A stretch of DNA of 64,000 nt from an uncultured Candidatus Bathyarchaeia archaeon (GCA_964513245.1 CAZELO010000009.1:15249-79248); one strand, 5' to 3'. Positions 9,831 to 18,814 are shown, counted from the first letter of the stretch. Numbers and translations are program-made. Notes: generated by a model not told the origin, from the letters alone.

Positions 9831-10948
9831 CTGCCTTTTTTGGCATTCTGAATTAGCGTTATCCATTTGTTTTCTCCTTTAATTTCAACTCCGCAGGCTT
9901 CGGAAGGCGTCTTTCCCTTCAAGGCTTCATGCGGTCTTACAAAATTATGGTATATTTGATAACCTTTTAGAATTGGTGTATCTTTCGTCTTCAATCCTCT
10001 CATAACTTTTTCTCTGTCTCTGATTTCTCCGTTTAGTCTTTCCATTTTGTTGTTGTTTTTGTCTCCTCTGATGTGGATGTGTGCGATGTGTTGTGTTCTC
10101 GGAGCTTTCAACGTCCAAAACTCTTTCTTGTATGCGTCATGATAGGCGGGTAATCCATCTGTGATTATTGTTTTAGGGCTTTTGCCCATGAGTTCTTTGC
10201 CCATTTTGAAGAGTTTTCTTGCGTCATGCTTGTATTTGGATTCTGCGACTTCTTGAGCTATCCAATATCGTGTTTCGTCATCCATTAGGGCGAAGACGTA
10301 CTTCATGTCTCCGTTGATTTTAACCCATAATTCGTCGGCTCTCCAAGTGTCTGAAACATCGATTTTCAGTTTCATCACATATTCTTCCATCAGTCGGATG
10401 TACTTCTTAATCCACATGTAAACCGTCTTGTGAGAGATTTTTACTCCTAACAGTCTAAGCGATTTCTGAGTGTTCCTTAATGATTCTCCGCTGAAATACA
10501 GTTGCATGGCTGTCGTTACTGCTTGCGGGTTATGCTTCATCTTCTCAAAGCCAATATTCACGCTGAATGTCTTTCCGCAATTATCACATATGAAACGTTG
10601 AATGTCTCCACTTTTGTTTCTTCTAATCCCGAACTTCTTTATGTTATCTGAATCACAGAACACACATCTACAAACATCCGTTATCGGCTCTATCTTCCTT
10701 GACTCAACTTCTCTTCTCAACCTTTCGGAGAACTCAACAGCCCAAATATGCTTACACTTCACGCCACGATAAATATGATCTGGGCAAGAACACAGCCATC
10801 CAACCTCAGAATTGATGACTTCATATTCTCCGCCGTTTGATTGTGATTTAACCTTGTAGCAACGATTGTCTGTTCTTTCGATGTGGTTCAGCTTCGCTAT
10901 TTCAAGACCTTTCTGTTCACGGATGTTGGCGGTTATCTGTGTTGCCAT
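9827..10948 (-). CDS. IS6-family DDE transposase with N-terminal SWIM-type zinc finger
   Basis: WRADELWVKINGDMKYVFALMDDETRYW, ITDGLPAY, NNNKMERLNGEIRDREKV, YHNFVRPHEAL; CSCPDH...CKH zinc finger. Confidence 0.8.
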   Translation of the reverse strand: MATQITANIREQKGLEIAKLNHIERTDNRCYKVKSQSNGGEYEVINSEVGWLCSCPDHIYRGVKCKHIWAVEFSERLRREVESRKIEPITDVCRCVFCDSDNIKKFGIRRNKSGDIQRFICDNCGKTFSVNIGFEKMKHNPQAVTTAMQLYFSGESLRNTQKSLRLLGVKISHKTVYMWIKKYIRLMEEYVMKLKIDVSDTWRADELWVKINGDMKYVFALMDDETRYWIAQEVAESKYKHDARKLFKMGKELMGKSPKTIITDGLPAYHDAYKKEFWTLKAPRTQHIAHIHIRGDKNNNKMERLNGEIRDREKVMRGLKTKDTPILKGYQIYHNFVRPHEALKGKTPSEACGVEIKGENKWITLIQNAKKGS

Positions 10949-10950
10949 TT

Positions 10951-11049
10951 TAGGTACCTATTATATAGTTAGGTACCTAACAATATAAACCTTTCGGTAC
11001 CTAAAATTTATAAGGAAGCATTCCCAATATCGTAGTAGGTGCCTAAATG
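10951..11049. promoter_or_regulatory. array of four GGTRCCTAA boxes (two perfect 10-bp TAGGTACCTA palindromes) between transposase and AbrB-like gene
   Basis: Copies at 10951, 10969, 10995, 11036; TTATATA TATA-like elements interspersed. Confidence 0.45.
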
Positions 11050-11211
11050 AAACTTCAAAAACAACTTTCAAGAAGAGTGGATGACAGAGAGTATCCCAAA
11101 TACGTTGTAACCATTCCACCCAAACAGATCGAAGAGGTTGGATGGAAAGAAGGTACTGAACTGGAAGCAACAGTTAAAGATGGAAGAATAATACTAAAGC
11201 CAAAAGATTAG
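11047..11211 (+). CDS. AbrB/SpoVT (swapped-hairpin) domain small protein, 54 aa, absent from ORF track
   Basis: Own translation: MKLQKQLSRRVDDREYPKYVVTIPPKQIEEVGWKEGTELEATVKDGRIILKPKD. Confidence 0.45.
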   Translation: MKLQKQLSRRVDDREYPKYVVTIPPKQIEEVGWKEGTELEATVKDGRIILKPKD

Positions 11212-12065
11212 ATTCTGAATTGCCCCTCTATGAACAATCTATCAAAATCAGAAACCTTTGAGCCAACTTCATTAATAAACCGATTAACATCTTCAACAGG
11301 CAATTCTGTTATTGGATACTTGATATTGTGCATGTCATTAACCATTTTCTTACGTTCTTCTTCTGTTTTAAGAGTATTCCAACTATCTGGAAACATCACA
11401 TTTGGAAGATAATACACTTGAGGCAAAAAGTCGGTACGATAACCTACACTAGTGTCAATATCTGTATCTTGAATTAACTTTATAATGAATAGAGCCAATT
11501 TTGCTGTTTGCTCCATAGTCATCTTTTCATTCCACATTTTTTTGATGAACAAAGCACCGTAAGGTCGGCCGTGCCCTATTACTTTAATCTTGTTTACTGG
11601 TTCAGGAAGACCGAGACCAGTGAAGTTCACCAATTCAGGTATTATATTAACTCTTATAGCCATCAAGACATTAAGATAACCTACTAAAAAATGCCTATCT
11701 TGTTCGTAAATCTTGTGCATTTCTCTTATTACATTCTCAGCTATTGTTTTTAGTTTTTCATGGTCATTTAAATTAATTTTTTTAGCTTCTTGATCCCTAA
11801 CTGAAACTGTCATTCTGTTTTGAAATGAACTGAACAAGCCACTTGCTCCAGATGCACCCATAACCACAGAAGTAAAAGGTCTGAACAATTTTTTTCCATA
11901 CTCATTAGTACCTTCATCAACGGTAATTTTCGTATCCCCTACTAAAACTACCCCATCAACACACTTCGCACCCAAGATAAATGTCATATCTTTCTTCACC
12001 AATCTGAGCAATTTATGGTCTATTAGGTACCTATTGTATTCTTCCCCATATAAAACATTTTTCAT
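11208..12065 (-). CDS. proteasome-like Ntn hydrolase (HslV/Anbu/beta-subunit-like), cargo of IS element
   Basis: M-TFILGAKCVDGVVLVGD-TKIT (Thr1, Asp17, Lys near 33) and GASGASG; 26-aa leader or alternative start at 11987. Confidence 0.5.
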   Translation of the reverse strand: MKNVLYGEEYNRYLIDHKLLRLVKKDMTFILGAKCVDGVVLVGDTKITVDEGTNEYGKKLFRPFTSVVMGASGASGLFSSFQNRMTVSVRDQEAKKINLNDHEKLKTIAENVIREMHKIYEQDRHFLVGYLNVLMAIRVNIIPELVNFTGLGLPEPVNKIKVIGHGRPYGALFIKKMWNEKMTMEQTAKLALFIIKLIQDTDIDTSVGYRTDFLPQVYYLPNVMFPDSWNTLKTEEERKKMVNDMHNIKYPITELPVEDVNRFINEVGSKVSDFDRLFIEGQFRI

Positions 12066-12074
12066 AGAATCACC

Positions 12075-12128
12075 TTATCAACCGAAAAGTAACAGCATTA
12101 CATATCAACCGAAGAGGTAACAGAACCC
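12075..12128. repeat. right terminal inverted repeat of IS6-family element
   Basis: Exact reverse complement of 9076-9129. Confidence 0.8.
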
Positions 12129-12185
12129 TTCACAGTAAAGGTTAAATAGCCTCTTTCGGCTTTAGTAAAATCTCGGTGGAGAAGT

Positions 12186-13154
12186 ATGAGCATGCTTAAA
12201 CTGAAGATGTCGATGCTCGGCACATTAGCGGCCATAATAGGTATATCGACTCTTTTCTTAACAATCGTACTTGTCCTGATGGAATCATTCAGCCTAGTCA
12301 CACTAGGCGTGCTGATAGTCGCCTTCAACGTTGCCCAGTGGCTCTTCGCGCCTTACTTGGTAGATACAATGTACCGTGTCCGCAAAGTTTCTAGGTCAGA
12401 GGAGCCGGAGCTCACAAGTATGGTAGAACGCCTGAGCCAAAAAAGTGGAATAAAGACGCCGGAAGTGAGGATAGCTAGAATCCCTCTGCCGAATGCCTTC
12501 GCCTACGGCTCGCCGCTTACAGGAAACCGTGTCGCTGTGACAACCGGGCTTCTGAACACATTGGATTCCGAGGAAGTTGAGGCTGTGATCGGGCATGAAC
12601 TGGGTCACCTGAAGCATCGCGATGTCCAAGTGATGATGTTTGTCTCAATTCTGCCAGCTCTGTTCTACTATCTAGGTTACTCGTTAATGTGGTCCGGCGC
12701 CTACAGTAGACGGGATGACCGCGGAAACGGCAGCCTCATGGCACTGATCGGGATGTTAGGCATGGTCGTGTACGTCGTGCTGACTCTGTTCACGCTTTAC
12801 CTGAGCCGCCTGAGAGAGTACTTTGCTGATAGACACAGCGCCGCAGTTGTGGACGACGGCGCCCACAAACTGCAAGAGGGATTGGTCAAAATAGTCTATG
12901 CAACGGAGGGCATGCGGAGGTCCAATCGCCCTACAAGCAACGTAAGTTCGCTCAAAACCCTGTTCATATCCGACCCCGACAGAGCAGGAAAAGATGCGAG
13001 AATGCTTGCCCGTGCAGGCATCGGAAAGAACGACCGACAACTCGTTATTGAGCAAATGAACCGCCAGGTCACTTCGGGAGCCCTATTCCAAGAAGTCTTA
13101 TCGACACATCCAAATATAATCAAGCGGCTGAGAGCCTTAGAAGAACTAGCATAG
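12186..13154 (+). CDS. htpX: HtpX-like M48 zinc metalloprotease
   Basis: HELGHLKHRD zinc motif, N-terminal TM helices. Confidence 0.8.
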   Translation: MSMLKLKMSMLGTLAAIIGISTLFLTIVLVLMESFSLVTLGVLIVAFNVAQWLFAPYLVDTMYRVRKVSRSEEPELTSMVERLSQKSGIKTPEVRIARIPLPNAFAYGSPLTGNRVAVTTGLLNTLDSEEVEAVIGHELGHLKHRDVQVMMFVSILPALFYYLGYSLMWSGAYSRRDDRGNGSLMALIGMLGMVVYVVLTLFTLYLSRLREYFADRHSAAVVDDGAHKLQEGLVKIVYATEGMRRSNRPTSNVSSLKTLFISDPDRAGKDARMLARAGIGKNDRQLVIEQMNRQVTSGALFQEVLSTHPNIIKRLRALEELA

Positions 13155-13266
13155 ACCTAAACCTAGCACCAACTTGAAACCTTGTTTTCAAACCTCAACC
13201 TATATCTTTTTCTAGTACGCATATGTTTTCAGCTAAACGCGTCAGGCAATCGGCGGGAGAGACAAC

Positions 13267-13827
13267 TTGATGAAAGAGGCACAGATGCTCGGGAGATACG
13301 TCATGATTCAAGGCTTCAGGAAAGCCAAAATCGAGAACGTGGACGCACTGCTAAAGATTGCCAGAGAAGCGTCGAGCGATTGCGATGTGCAGTTTTTTGA
13401 CGCAGGGATGATTGCTGGTTTCGACCACCTGTACTTTGCCACGTTGAACGCTCTGAAAGCATTCGAAGCGAAGCAGAACATATCCAAGAACCTTGCTGTT
13501 GAGGCGCTTCTGTTCGCTTCGGGACAGCACCAGATCAAGAGAGCTGTGGAGCTTCTGGGACTCAAGCATGGTTCCTCCGAAGTCATCGTCCTCGTAATCG
13601 CTGAGGACAGGTCGAAAGACCTCAAGACACTAGAGCGTATCTCGAAATTGTTGGGAGGCGAAGCCTGCTTGGATGTCATCGAGTTGACGGATGAAAAGGC
13701 TGCCAGAATAAAGGCTGCATTCGGCATAACGGATCTCGAGATTGAGTCAACGCTGAGGCAGTCAGAGAAAGAGGCTCTGTCCATGTTGCTGGTTGAACGG
13801 GGCGCCCTGCTGGTCACGCAGCGCTAG
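13267..13827 (+). CDS. cgi121: KEOPS complex subunit Cgi121
   Basis: EALLFASGQHQIKRAVELLGLKHGSSEVIVLVIAED aligns with M. jannaschii Cgi121 (ILVRASGQRQIHEAIKIIGAKDGNVCLICED) as recalled. Confidence 0.65.
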   Translation: MMKEAQMLGRYVMIQGFRKAKIENVDALLKIAREASSDCDVQFFDAGMIAGFDHLYFATLNALKAFEAKQNISKNLAVEALLFASGQHQIKRAVELLGLKHGSSEVIVLVIAEDRSKDLKTLERISKLLGGEACLDVIELTDEKAARIKAAFGITDLEIESTLRQSEKEALSMLLVERGALLVTQR

Positions 13828-14357
13828 ATGAGTCTTTCCTTCACGACTGAAAGTATGTCTCCGGGCTTGATGACCGAGATGCCTGTTAAGCCGCCTAAGA
13901 CCTCCACTAAGACAATTTTGTCAGGTTTGTCTAGGTTCACCTTCCGCTCTATGTTTCCAGCCACCGCGTCGATTATGGCTTTCATCGAAAGTTCAGTGTG
14001 CCTCTTCTCAACAGTTACGCGGAAGATTTCGCCCTCCAATATTTTCTGAGACAGGTTCATGCTTGCTGTGTTTATTTCCGCGAGGTTCGTTCGGACCACT
14101 ACCTCGATCGGTGCCACCTTAAGCGTATAGCGGAACTCTTCCGGGCGTTCTTCTAGGATTCGCCTCAATCCCTCGACTGCCTCGAAGGGGTCCAGAACTG
14201 TTTTCGCAACAACTAGACCCAGAATTTCTGTCTTTTCCACTGTGGCGTCGCGGTCTCCGAGTTCTCCGAGAAGGAACCAGATTTCTGCGCACGCCTTGTT
14301 TTCTAATCTTCGCGGGCTCGAAACCAACAGATTGAAATCATCGATCAACGGAGCCAT
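13824..14357 (-). CDS. THUMP-domain protein (Tan1-like, putative tRNA modification)
   Basis: Size and N-terminal pattern (AEIWFLLGELGD) typical of small archaeal THUMP proteins. Confidence 0.4.
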   Translation of the reverse strand: MAPLIDDFNLLVSSPRRLENKACAEIWFLLGELGDRDATVEKTEILGLVVAKTVLDPFEAVEGLRRILEERPEEFRYTLKVAPIEVVVRTNLAEINTASMNLSQKILEGEIFRVTVEKRHTELSMKAIIDAVAGNIERKVNLDKPDKIVLVEVLGGLTGISVIKPGDILSVVKERLI

Positions 14358-14404
14358 TTTTGACGCCTCAAAACATCACAGCCGGTCCAAAAAAGGATAG
14401 CGGA

Positions 14405-15067
14405 TCAAACAAGCCTTTTTTGATGGCTTTCAGTTTTTCCTTCAAACCTCTTCGCTGGCTTCCAAGACCTTCGAACAAACTCGGGGTAAACCCTATGCGT
14501 GTCCATCCACTCCTTCAGGAAGTTAACTGTCTTCGGATCCGAAACGTAGCCTGACCCGAAGTCTCCATATCTTTGTCTCAGTTCGGCGATCACGCTGTCG
14601 CGTTCAACCTTGGCTAGGATCGATGCGGCAGACACCACGGGGTATGTCTTGTCTGCCTTGTGCTCTGACACTATCTTGACCTCAAAGGGAACCTCTTGGG
14701 CGATGTGTTGCCCGAAACGTTCCGCCAACACGTCTGAAGCATCAACGTAGGCGATGTCAGGCTTCAAGTTCCGTATGACCTCCGCCATGGCTCGCGCTTC
14801 AAGCCTGTTCAGCCGGTTAAGCTTCGTGCCTGTCTCGACCACCCTGTCGATTTCTGCGGGGGACAGATGCACAATGCTGTGTTTTTTGACGATTTCGAGG
14901 ATCTCTTCTCTGAGATGCTCTCTTCTTCTCGGTGAAAGGAGCTTAGAGTCCTTCACGCCTAGGCTTGCAAGTTCAGAAAGAGAATCTTCGTCGACGAGCA
15001 CGCCGGCTATGACAAGCGGACCTATGACGGGTCCTCGCCCGGCGTCGTCAATTCCAGCTATCAGCAT
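14405..15067 (-). CDS. rnhB: ribonuclease HII
   Basis: MLIAGIDDAGRGPVIGPLVIAGV; start at internal Met because the longer ORF overlaps pyrI. Confidence 0.8.
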   Translation of the reverse strand: MLIAGIDDAGRGPVIGPLVIAGVLVDEDSLSELASLGVKDSKLLSPRRREHLREEILEIVKKHSIVHLSPAEIDRVVETGTKLNRLNRLEARAMAEVIRNLKPDIAYVDASDVLAERFGQHIAQEVPFEVKIVSEHKADKTYPVVSAASILAKVERDSVIAELRQRYGDFGSGYVSDPKTVNFLKEWMDTHRVYPEFVRRSWKPAKRFEGKTESHQKRLV

Positions 15068-15207
15068 CTTCGTGTCCTCGCTATTCAAAGGCGGCTTCGA
15101 ATGTGATAACCTTTGCCTCAGCCCTTTAACTGTCTTCAGCAGAACTGCCATTTTTACGATGTCTAGACGCCCGGTCAAGAAAGATTGGGCGTTTGAACTT
15201 TTTTCTT

Positions 15208-15684
15208 TCAGAATTGTTTGAGTATGTCCTCTTTCTCCATGATGTGTCCGCAGTAGTGGCACCTGAGCCTCAACGGCTCTTCATTCTCGACGTAGAATAT
15301 GGGTTTGACGGGTTCCCTCTCGCTGTTGGATATGCACGGGGGATTTGCACACTTGACCGTGCCGTGTATTATCGATGGCAGCTTGACCCTCTGTTTCTCC
15401 GTTACCTTGAAGCTGCGGATAATGTTTATCGTGGCATGGGGCGATATGAGGGCTATCTTGTCAACCTCCTGCGAGGCGAGTTCTCTGCCCTCTACCTTGA
15501 TCACGTCTTTGACCGCGATCTTTCCGCTGGGAACGTTCATGGCGATCGTGACAACGCCGCCTTGGTGTCCGTCTATGCCGAGAAGCTTCACAACGTCTAG
15601 GGCATGTCCTCTCGTAATGTGGTCTATGACCGTGCCATCTCTGATCTTCGAAACCTTCAAAGTCTGCTTAGACACACACACCAC
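15208..15684 (-). CDS. pyrI: aspartate carbamoyltransferase regulatory subunit
   Basis: KIRDGTVIDHI N-domain and C-terminal 4-Cys zinc domain (CANPPC...CHYCGH). Confidence 0.8.
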   Translation of the reverse strand: MVCVSKQTLKVSKIRDGTVIDHITRGHALDVVKLLGIDGHQGGVVTIAMNVPSGKIAVKDVIKVEGRELASQEVDKIALISPHATINIIRSFKVTEKQRVKLPSIIHGTVKCANPPCISNSEREPVKPIFYVENEEPLRLRCHYCGHIMEKEDILKQF

Positions 15685-15920
15685 CGCACAAACCTAAACT
15701 ATCAAACCCAACAAATATATAACTATCCACTGCCCACCAAGTAAGCCCAATATACACAAGCCATCCAATGCCCCTAAATTGTATCAAAAGACTAGGAAGA
15801 GTCCTGAATCAATCTTCCACCCTACAAGCCCTCTGCCTAAGAATCACTAGATTACACATCGCCAAATGCTCGGCAACAAGAAAAATATTTAGCGATAATG
15901 AAATTAACTTTAGATATGCA

Positions 15921-16418
15921 ATGAAAGCCGATGATGTTGATCATAAGAGGAAGCATACAATGAAAGAGGAAGAGGTCATTTTTTATGTCAAAAGGTTCTT
16001 TGAGAAACAAAACTATCGTGTTCAAAAAGAGGTTTCCATTCATGGCTACAGAGTAGATATATTAGCGGAGAAGGCAGATGAAAAGTATTTGGTTGAGTGC
16101 AAGTCAGATGAGTATCTCAGATCACATGAAATACACGTTATGATTGGACAATTGGTTTCCGAGATGCACCAGGTAGGTTCTCAACTGCATTATGGTCTTG
16201 CGATGCCGTTTTCACTTTCAACTTACTTAGGAGAATTTGGTATCGGGGGCATCAATGCACTAAGATTGCATCTATTTGTCGTGGGACAAGGAGATATATG
16301 GAATGGGGAAGTCTTTTATCTAGACACGGAAAGCCTGCTCAGTTATATCAAAGACCTTAGAAAAAATCCTGACACTGCCTGGGCAACTCTTATTACCTTA
16401 GGGAAAAAACTGAATTAA
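15921..16418 (+). CDS. PD-(D/E)xK nuclease-fold hypothetical protein
   Basis: GYRVDILAEK...YLVECKS gives D...ExK catalytic signature; AT-rich context. Confidence 0.35.
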   Translation: MKADDVDHKRKHTMKEEEVIFYVKRFFEKQNYRVQKEVSIHGYRVDILAEKADEKYLVECKSDEYLRSHEIHVMIGQLVSEMHQVGSQLHYGLAMPFSLSTYLGEFGIGGINALRLHLFVVGQGDIWNGEVFYLDTESLLSYIKDLRKNPDTAWATLITLGKKLN

Positions 16419-16592
16419 GTTACTATTAAGCATATTCATATAGATAATGGGAATTTTCTCATTCTAGAAAACCTGGTAACTGGAATATCTAACTAGAAAA
16501 CATGGCACTTAATTCTTTCGACAGACGAAAGTCCCATATTTGAGTGTTACGAATCTTTCGACAGCCTATTGTACTTCATTTTCATTGGTTCT

Positions 16593-17093
16593 TTAGGGAT
16601 AGATGTACAGTCTGGTTGAGCGAGAGAAGGTGCCTTGCTGAATCATGACAACCCTCTTGTTTTCCGTTTCCCATCGGACAATAAGAATCAATCTTAAAAG
16701 AAAATAAGCGAATAGCCCCGCGAAGAGGAAAGAGACTTCGCCATATACAAAAGCTGGACTTAGCGCACGAAAGAGAAAATGAAAAAGTAGAAAAGCCAGA
16801 ATCCCAGCTGTACCTGCATATATAATCGCACGGTTCCCTATTGTGAATTCTCCTTTTCTTTTTAAAACTTTTAATTCTCCTTGAGTGACTATCGTTCCTG
16901 CAATTATACCCGAGCCTAGCCCGAAAATGATGAAGCAAACAACAAGAGCTATCGAAGACGGATTAACCGGGTTTAAGGTTACGATTTGACGAAACAGTAG
17001 TACGTCGCCAAAGAACAAAAAAGCCAAAGAAAGGAGACCAAAACCAGTATTGGTCGTTTCCTTCTCCACTATAGCCGCTCTCCTCGCGAGCAA
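16593..17093 (-). CDS. hypothetical membrane protein
   Basis: Multiple hydrophobic helices; AT-rich. Confidence 0.3.
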   Translation of the reverse strand: MLARRAAIVEKETTNTGFGLLSLAFLFFGDVLLFRQIVTLNPVNPSSIALVVCFIIFGLGSGIIAGTIVTQGELKVLKRKGEFTIGNRAIIYAGTAGILAFLLFHFLFRALSPAFVYGEVSFLFAGLFAYFLLRLILIVRWETENKRVVMIQQGTFSRSTRLYIYP

Positions 17094-17326
17094 TTCGATT
17101 TTGACATAGTTTTATTTTCTATTTAAGGCTTGTTCTTCACACTTCCTCATAGTCTGACTAGTTTTTTACTCTTACGAGAATGTCAACAGGGAATGTCATT
17201 TCGTCCGATTTCACTTTTCATTGTTCCTCTTTGTCGAGTAGAAAATTTATCGAACAAGGAGATACGAATGAAGTCGCGGGAAATAAATGGTTAATGAGAA
17301 AAAGCGCAATTAAATCATCGTTAAAC

Positions 17327-17336
17327 ATATTTAAAT
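17327..17336 (+). promoter_or_regulatory. archaeal TATA box (TTTAAATA inside a 10-bp palindrome TATTTAAATA) for a leaderless arsR transcript
   Basis: About 24 bp upstream of ATG at 17358. Confidence 0.4.
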
Positions 17337-17357
17337 ACAGTTTTTCGCTTTTACCTC

Positions 17358-17753
17358 ATGGTTACGATGTCCAAGACAAGGTTGGGCAAGCGCCTTAATG
17401 CTTTGTGCAAGTCGGGAATATGCACCGCAGCTGACACCTCCAAGTATGCGGAGGATTTGAGGCAGATGGCTGAGCAAACCGCAGATCAGAAGTCCGCTAG
17501 AATGCAGAGCAGGTTTTTCAAGGCTTTGGCTGACGAGACCCGCGTCAAGATCTTGAGGCTCCTCGAAGTCAGAGAGATGTGCGTATGCGAGATAATGGTG
17601 GCTTTGGACCTTACACAGCCCACGGCGTCTCACCATCTGGGGCTGCTGAAAAACGCGGGAATAATTGCTGACAGAAAAGAGGGCAAATGGGTTTTCTACA
17701 GCCTCGCAAACCCAAGAATCGTTGAAGCGATGCAGGAAATGGTTCATACCTAA
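17358..17753 (+). CDS. ArsR/SmtB-family metalloregulator
   Basis: ADETRVKILRLL, CVCEI metal site, LTQPTASHHLGLLKNAGI. Confidence 0.75.
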   Translation: MVTMSKTRLGKRLNALCKSGICTAADTSKYAEDLRQMAEQTADQKSARMQSRFFKALADETRVKILRLLEVREMCVCEIMVALDLTQPTASHHLGLLKNAGIIADRKEGKWVFYSLANPRIVEAMQEMVHT

Positions 17754-17929
17754 AAAGCCAAAATTCAGTCTCAATCGGCGTATGCATCGTTTTTTCTCCC
17801 TGTTTGCGCTGCTGACAAACAGGGCTATTTTCTTGCGTTTACGCTTTGCAGAGATGGCTTGTCCGCTCTTTTATGGTTCTGGAGCCAAAAGGTAAGGCAG
17901 GTTGAGTAATCTTTAAATCAAGAGAATGG

Positions 17930-18208
17930 GTGATGTTTAGGGAGATGGCTATGCCCAAGATCAATGATTATACGGATGCTGAGAGAGAATTCGGAAGATG
18001 GTTGATGGACAAGTATCCGACGGTAAAGAAGGTCAACTTTAAGAAGGTTTCGAAGGACAGGGAACGAGAATTGTGGACGATTGAAGGGGAAATGGAAACC
18101 GAAAGCGGATTGTTCAAAAGCACGTGGCAACCGTTCAAACTGGAAATGAACACAGACGGGGAAATCGTCGGCTACGAGCTGGTTTCGGAAGAAGACAAAA
18201 AAACCTGA
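17930..18208 (+). CDS. hypothetical protein
   Basis: ORF only. Confidence 0.3.
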   Translation: MMFREMAMPKINDYTDAEREFGRWLMDKYPTVKKVNFKKVSKDRERELWTIEGEMETESGLFKSTWQPFKLEMNTDGEIVGYELVSEEDKKT

Positions 18209-18454
18209 TTCCCGCCAAAGACCGCAATGGTGCTCCCAAGACCTACAAGATGAGCCTAAGGCGAGCCTCGTGAGGGTCTCCATCGTTTCTTTGAAGAGAT
18301 TCGGAATCAAAAAGCGAAGGACATTGGCTCTGCCAAAGTAAGCATTTCTGCGGTAATCTGAGCGGATCCAGAGATAGAGCCGCATAGCAACAAAAACTAT
18401 TTATTCTCAACAAGAGATTAAGTAGCAGATAAAGGAATTCAGAATGAATCAATT

Positions 18455-18703
18455 GTGGTGATTGTGATGGCGGAGAAGAAAGAAATCCCTCCTTACCGTT
18501 CACACAAAGTGATCATCCGAGGAACCGTGGAAGGATACGAAGTCGCATCCCTTGAAGACCTAAAAAAAGTCACAGACCAGATCGAAAGTCTCCAGACAGA
18601 GATCATGGTCTTGAAGGGACAGCTGAGCGACCTGCAAAAGGCTCTAAACGCCACGAACCTGAGGCTAGAACGACTCGAGGGCTTCTTGAAGTCATTCAGG
18701 TAA
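18455..18703 (+). CDS. hypothetical coiled-coil protein
   Basis: Heptad-rich C-terminal half. Confidence 0.3.
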   Translation: MVIVMAEKKEIPPYRSHKVIIRGTVEGYEVASLEDLKKVTDQIESLQTEIMVLKGQLSDLQKALNATNLRLERLEGFLKSFR

Positions 18704-18814
18704 TCAGGCAGCATCACCAGAAGCCCACTTTTTCAGCCCATTTCTAAAGAAGGCTGACCTAGATAGCTGAAAAGATGAGATTCCTTCTTCATTGACTGAA
18801 CTGGAACTTCGGGT

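Larger units (their letters stand above)
9076..12128. mobile_element. IS6-family element (3053 bp) with perfect 54-bp terminal inverted repeats and passenger genes; AT-rich relative to flanks
   Basis: Perfect 54-bp TIRs whose outer 10 bp (GGTTCTGTT) match as-recalled IS257/IS26 ends; IS6-type DDE transposase inside; lower GC than flanks. Confidence 0.65.
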
